Assembly (NCBI GenBank): GCA_030038895.1
Contig: JASHQX010000163.1
Coordinates: 1 to 48,805 of the forward strand
Length of the DNA stretch: 48,805 nucleotides
Direction of reading: 5' to 3'
Origin: Thermoplasmata archaeon
Lineage (GTDB): Archaea; Thermoplasmatota; Thermoplasmata; Lutacidiplasmatales; UBA184
Shown here: one piece after another, positions 44,632 to 48,805 of the stretch
Layout of the letters: the number at the start of each line of letters is the position of its first letter
Position numbering within the stretch: the stretch's first letter is position 1
Program-made: the position numbers and the translations under genes
The notes under the pieces: generated by a model
Told to the model about the DNA's origin: nothing
What the model saw: only the letters and a program-made list of their open reading frames with translations
Databases searched by the model: none

Positions 44632-45860
44632 GGGAGTACCGACCGGACGCCCCCGTGGTGGTCAGCCGGTGGCCGTTCCGACGCATCGCCTACGTGCTCG
44701 GGGTCACGGCGTTCGGCGCCGGCATCCCAACCCCACTGTACGCCCTCTACGAGCAGCGGTACCACTTCACCGCCGGCGTGCTCGCGGCGGTCTTCGCTGC
44801 GTACACGGCCGGCGTGCTCGCGACGATGCTGTTCGTCGCACCGCTCTCCGACGCGATCGGACGCAAGCCGGTCCTCTATCTCGGGATGGGCTTGACCGCC
44901 GCGAGCGGGTTCGCGTTCATCGGCGCTTCGAGCGTCCTGACACTCGCTCTCGCGCGAATCGTCTCGGGCCTCGCAGTCGGCGCGACAACGAGCACCGCGA
45001 CCGCTTCGATGGCCAGCCTCGAGCCGCGGCACGACCAACACCACGTCGCTCGGGTGTCCGTCGCGGCGAACTTCGGAGGGGTTGCGACCGGGATCCTGTT
45101 CAGCGGGTTCCTAGTCGAGTACGCGCCTGCTCCCACCACCCTTGTCTTTGTGGTGCTCATCGTCGTAAGTCTTGTCGGGGCCCTCGCCGTCGTCCGGACC
45201 GCTGAGACGGTACTGCGCGAGCCGAAGGCGATCCGGCCGCGAGTCCAGCGCCTCTCGGTCCCGTCGGCCATTCGGCGGCCCTTCTGGGCGGCAGCGGGTT
45301 CGCTCGCCGCCTGCTATTCGATTTACGGGTTCTTTGCGGCGATCGGACCGACGTTCCTGCGGATCCGCCTCGATATTGCCAGCACGGCCGGGTCCGCGGC
45401 GGTCGTCGCGACGATGTTTGGTCTCGCCGCGATCTCCCAGCTGGGGCTCGGCCAGGTCCGAGACCGTCGCGCGCTCCTGGTGGGGTTCCCAATCATCCTG
45501 GCCGCGACGCTCGTTCTCACGGCCTCGGTACCGCTCTCCTCCCTCGGGTTTTTTGCGGTAGGCGACGGGGTCCTCGGCATCGGGGTCGGGTTCACTTACA
45601 TGGGCGCAGTCACGCTCGTCGACCGAGTGTCGCCGGCGGTAGAAAGGGGGGAGATTCTCTCCGCCTTTTTCCTGGTCGGGTACCTCGCGCTCGCCATCCC
45701 CACGATTGGAATCGGGGTCACGGTCGACCACTTCGGACTGTCGGTGGCCGCGACCTCGTTCGGGGTGGCCCTCGGGTTGTCCGTCGCGATCCTCTATCTC
45801 CTCACGTGGCGAACGCCGACCCCGCCGGGGGGAGGGGGCCGCCCTCGAGGTTCTACCTGA
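44628..45860 (+). CDS. MFS transporter
   Basis: 12 hydrophobic segments and the SDAIGRKPVL loop motif. GTG at 44628 overlaps the ppk2 stop (GTGA). Confidence 0.8.
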   Translation: MREYRPDAPVVVSRWPFRRIAYVLGVTAFGAGIPTPLYALYEQRYHFTAGVLAAVFAAYTAGVLATMLFVAPLSDAIGRKPVLYLGMGLTAASGFAFIGASSVLTLALARIVSGLAVGATTSTATASMASLEPRHDQHHVARVSVAANFGGVATGILFSGFLVEYAPAPTTLVFVVLIVVSLVGALAVVRTAETVLREPKAIRPRVQRLSVPSAIRRPFWAAAGSLAACYSIYGFFAAIGPTFLRIRLDIASTAGSAAVVATMFGLAAISQLGLGQVRDRRALLVGFPIILAATLVLTASVPLSSLGFFAVGDGVLGIGVGFTYMGAVTLVDRVSPAVERGEILSAFFLVGYLALAIPTIGIGVTVDHFGLSVAATSFGVALGLSVAILYLLTWRTPTPPGGGGRPRGST

Positions 45861-46035
45861 GGGCGTCGTGCCGCCAGCCGCCGACGCCCGTTGGTGGCGG
45901 CCGCGGGTCTGGCGCGATCCCTTCCTTCTCCCGAGGGTCACCACCGGACGCAGAGAAATTCTCGCTTCCAGTCCCGTTTGCAATCCCGACTTCGTAACGG
46001 AAGTTTCTCCTCCGGTCCTTCGGAGCCGCCGTCAG

Positions 46036-46042
46036 TTTTAAA
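46036..46042 (+). promoter_or_regulatory. TATA-like box (TTTTAAA) for a leaderless transcript starting near ATG 46067
   Basis: The only A/T-rich heptamer in a GC-rich spacer; its centre is 28 nt from the ATG. Confidence 0.45.
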
Positions 46043-46066
46043 CCCTCGATTTCGCAAGTCACACAC

Positions 46067-46798
46067 ATGGTTCGTTGGCCTGGGCTATCGCCCCGACGAA
46101 AGGAGGCCACGGACCCTGCCCCCGCGGCGTCCCCGGCTCATGCGGGTCTCCCGTCCTCTGACCCAGAGATGACGGTCTCGGCGGAGGACGCCCCGCGAGC
46201 CTGCTCCGTCTGTTCCGGTCCGCTCACGGTGGGCGAGCGGATGTTCTACTTCCTCGAGGGGGCCGAAGCCCGACCGATCTGCCGCGCCTGCTTGTCTCGC
46301 CAAGAACCGGCCGGAAGAGGGGCGGTCGACGATTGGTCGGGGGTGGAACCGCTCCACCTGGGGGTCCCCACCGACGAGGGGCTCGCCGGAGAGACGGCCC
46401 GGGAGCCTCGAAGGTTGACGGATGCCGTCCGCTCGTTGCTCATCGAGGAAGTCGATCGGGTCGACCTCGCCATCGAGCGTCTTCCCGAGCAGGACCCCGA
46501 TCTCCCGCTCGTCCGATCGATCGGGGAGGAGTTGCGGCACGCACTCTCCGCGAGCCACCTCGCCGAGGCGCTCGTCTCGCTTCGCGATCTCCGACGGATC
46601 CTCGCCGCGAAGAACGTCGGGCGGTCCCCCGGATCCCTCAGCGCGCCGTGGGACGAAAGCGTGGAGGAACTTTTCGACCGGGTGATGGCGCGCGCCCTGG
46701 CTATGTCGCGTAAGGCTTCCTTGTCCACCGACCAGGTCGAGAACCTGGACTCCCTCGCGATCCCGAGTCGGGTGCGGCCGAGTGGCGCGCCGTCGTAG
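46067..46798 (+). CDS. Hypothetical protein with an N-terminal CxxC..CxxC zinc ribbon
   Basis: CSVCSGPL..MFYF..ICRAC. ATG at 46067 sits 28 nt downstream of a TTTTAAA box. An alternative ATG lies at 46169. Confidence 0.55.
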   Translation: MVRWPGLSPRRKEATDPAPAASPAHAGLPSSDPEMTVSAEDAPRACSVCSGPLTVGERMFYFLEGAEARPICRACLSRQEPAGRGAVDDWSGVEPLHLGVPTDEGLAGETAREPRRLTDAVRSLLIEEVDRVDLAIERLPEQDPDLPLVRSIGEELRHALSASHLAEALVSLRDLRRILAAKNVGRSPGSLSAPWDESVEELFDRVMARALAMSRKASLSTDQVENLDSLAIPSRVRPSGAPS

Positions 46799-46905
46799 GC
46801 CCGTCGTGACGACCCGCAGCGACTTTTCTCCACTTTCGGCTCCCCGGGAGACGTCCCGGCTCATTCACCACGTCGCCGTCTCGCCTGGCCAAGTCGGAGG
46901 ATGAC

Positions 46906-48321
46906 GTGACCTCGTTTTTTTTCGAGGTGATGACCACTTGGGAACTCGCCGCGATCGTCGTGGTCCTCGTCATGAGCTCATACCTCATCTCCAACCTACT
47001 CGCTGCGATCCTCTACCCTCCCGCCAACCGCCGATACTCCCGACATCCCTCGTTCCCGATGGTCAGCGTCGTGCTACCGGTCTACAACGAGCCGATCGAG
47101 ATCGTCCTCGCGAGCATCGCCTCGTGGAAGGCGGTCCGGTACCCGGCGTTCGAGCTCATCCTGGCAGACGACTCCACTCCTCCCCTCGAGATCAACGACC
47201 CTACCGTCCGAATTATCCGCCGATCGAACCGGGAGGGGTTCAAGGGTGGGGCCCTACGCAACGTGTTCGACCAGCTCGACCCGAGGTCGGAATGGATGGT
47301 GATCTTCGACGCCGATTTCCTGGTAGACCCGGACGTGCTCGTCCGATTCTCGGAGCACTACCGATCGCGGGTCGGGGCGGTCCAGGGATTCCAGGCAATG
47401 GGGCGGAACGACCCTCCGACCTGGCTGAGCCGGTGGTCGGAGTCGTACCACGTCGTGGCCAATGTTCTCCTTGCCGGCCGGTATCAGATGCGGGGGTTCG
47501 TGGGGATCCAGGGAACGGTCGAGGCCTACCGTGTCGAGGCGATCCGCGAAATCGGTGGCATCGCCCCGTACTCCACGGCGAACGAGGACCTCGACACCAC
47601 CTTCCGGCTTCGAAAGGCAGGGTGGAAAATTGTCTACGATCCCCGTATCGTCGGACGGGGAATCGCCCCCAACCGGTACCGGGTCTTCTTCGTCCAGAAT
47701 ACCCGATGGACCTCGACCACGGTGCGCGAATACCGTCGGCACTGGTGGACGTACCTCGGAAACCGGACCATTCCTTGGTACGAGAAGGTCGACTCCGCCC
47801 TGTTCCTCTTGACCTGGACCAACTCGCTCGTCGTGACCCCGACCCTCGTGTTCCTGCCCTGGGCCCTGCTCAGTCTGCACCTCATTCCGCTCTGGCTCTC
47901 GATCCTGATCACTCTCCTGCCCCTCGCACTGTTCACGTTACCGATTATCACCGGGGCCTCGGTCCGCCTCGGGCTTACCGGGTGGCTGGGATACTACATC
48001 CTCCTCGTGCCCGGCTACTTCGTGATGTTTCGTGCGTCCCTGCTCGGCATCTTTACCGATCCGGGCTTCGCCCGGACGCTCAAGACCAGCACCGAGGTCC
48101 CGACGCCCGCGAGTGGACCCGCGGCTTCCGGGGTTACCCTAGCCGGGGCGGGATCGAGCCCGCTGCAACGTCTCGCGTGCCGTCGGTGCGGCACGCCACT
48201 TTCCCATCGCGAGGTGCTGTTCTATGCGGTCGCGGCGCCGGACGTACCCGACGTGACGTGCCGCAAGTGCGTCGCGGCCAGCGAACGGGTACAGTACCGG
48301 GGATTCGTAGCGCCGAGCTAG
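46906..48321 (+). CDS. Family 2 glycosyltransferase (processive type, membrane-embedded) with a C-terminal zinc ribbon
   Basis: VVLPVYNE, ILADDST, FDADF, NEDLDT, VQNTRW (QxxRW). C-terminal TM bundle, then CRRCGTPL..LFYA..CRKC. GGAGG lies 6 nt upstream of GTG 46906. An alternative ATG lies at 46930. Confidence 0.85.
   Translation: MTSFFFEVMTTWELAAIVVVLVMSSYLISNLLAAILYPPANRRYSRHPSFPMVSVVLPVYNEPIEIVLASIASWKAVRYPAFELILADDSTPPLEINDPTVRIIRRSNREGFKGGALRNVFDQLDPRSEWMVIFDADFLVDPDVLVRFSEHYRSRVGAVQGFQAMGRNDPPTWLSRWSESYHVVANVLLAGRYQMRGFVGIQGTVEAYRVEAIREIGGIAPYSTANEDLDTTFRLRKAGWKIVYDPRIVGRGIAPNRYRVFFVQNTRWTSTTVREYRRHWWTYLGNRTIPWYEKVDSALFLLTWTNSLVVTPTLVFLPWALLSLHLIPLWLSILITLLPLALFTLPIITGASVRLGLTGWLGYYILLVPGYFVMFRASLLGIFTDPGFARTLKTSTEVPTPASGPAASGVTLAGAGSSPLQRLACRRCGTPLSHREVLFYAVAAPDVPDVTCRKCVAASERVQYRGFVAPS
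46915..46922 (+). repeat. T8 homopolymer at the 5' end of the GT2 gene
   Basis: gtgacctcgTTTTTTTTcgaggtgatg; the longest T run I noticed in the window. Confidence 0.9.
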
Positions 48322-48674
48322 ACTCGGTCCCCTATCGCGCCTCGCGAGGCCGGGGTCGAGACCCCCTCGTTACGTTCGCTCGGACGATCTTCCTGGAGAG
48401 CTCTAGCATCAACTCGGACGCACGAACCCCGCCGTAGCTTCGCGACCGAGCCAGAGTCCGTCCGGCCGAAGATCGATGTCGGGTGCGGCCCTCTGTCCGC
48501 CGGGCACGAAGCGATCGGGTTGCCTGCGAAGGGCATCCACCGAGCCTCCCCCGGAGGTTGATGCCGCGGGCGACTGGGACATGATAAAACGTCACATGTA
48601 GCGCGCTCAGTTCGAACGGTTTTAAGAGGTGGAGCGGGTTGGTTCCATGGGAGGAAGCTCACCCGGGTGGTGTC

Positions 48675-48805
48675 CATGACCGACGCGGAGTCTCGCTATC
48701 TGCGCATCGAGGTGCCCGAGGAGCATCCCGAAGAGCGGATCACCGACTTCCGGGAAGTGCTCCACTCCTACACGCGGGAGGAAGCGATGCTCGAGGCACA
48801 GCGGT
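48675..48805 (+). CDS. 5' fragment of a glutamate synthase small-subunit-like NAD(P)H oxidoreductase (runs off the window)
   Basis: MTDAESRYLRIEVPEEHPEERITDFREVLHSYTREEAMLEAQR matches the typical GltD-family N-terminus. Confidence 0.5.

Noticed and set aside
46927-46933. GTGATGA as a C box of a C/D-box sRNA.
   Set aside because: There is no downstream CTGA D box at an appropriate distance. The site is explained as the GTG-ATG codons at the GT2 start.
32507-48437. Further long shadow ORFs: 32507..33073, 33229..34089, 34605..35678, 35817..36455, 39355..40212, 40209..40955, 41340..42524, 45111..45983, 46085..46864, 46938..48437.
   Set aside because: Same reasoning: low-complexity R/P/G-rich translations overlapping well-supported genes.
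1-48805. CRISPR arrays, rRNA and tRNA genes, transposases and integrases.
   Set aside because: I saw no short regular direct-repeat/spacer pattern, no rRNA-like stretches, and no DDE, tyrosine- or serine-recombinase motifs in any ORF. The intergenic regions lack a cloverleaf-compatible sequence.

Overview
This is a high-GC (about 65% by eye) segment that looks archaeal. Supporting signs are an HTH_10/Bat-type regulator, A/T-rich TATA-like boxes 26-29 nt upstream of several ATGs (suggesting leaderless mRNAs), and an archaeal-style MoaA. All family calls come from motif recognition in the translated ORFs; no database search was possible.

Most of the window (6.3-48.8 kb) is ordinary metabolism and housekeeping:
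- A complete form I aerobic CO-dehydrogenase locus: coxM-coxS-coxL, a divergent moaA-coxD-coxE-coxG operon, XdhC-type maturation genes, and a MocA-XdhC-YHS triple fusion.
- An ABC-2 exporter, an HtrA protease, msrA and msrB, ppk2, an MFS transporter and a LysE exporter.
- A cyclophilin, RNase HI, an M2/ACE-like peptidase, a beta-eliminating lyase, an acyl-CoA ligase, a GT2 glycosyltransferase, and an ATL-methyltransferase fusion.

The unusual part is the first 6.3 kb. Eight same-strand copies (A1-A8) of one roughly 100-codon coding repeat alternate strictly with seven unrelated small genes. The repeat has an acidic AFPxADEDAEEIA N-terminus, a charged middle, and a DWRRAARFYARFGITE HTH-like C-terminus. 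Six of the seven intervening genes encode small membrane or secreted proteins, on either strand.

The two long copies differ mainly at third codon positions, which indicates protein-level selection. Three copies are internally deleted and keep only the two ends. One is N-terminally truncated with a 1-nt deletion. Two others have start-codon offsets or internal frame shifts.

I could not assign the repeat to any family I know. The repeat-gene-repeat layout is the best candidate here for an undescribed cassette or recombination system, but a decaying paralog cluster or a MAG assembly artefact remain live alternatives.
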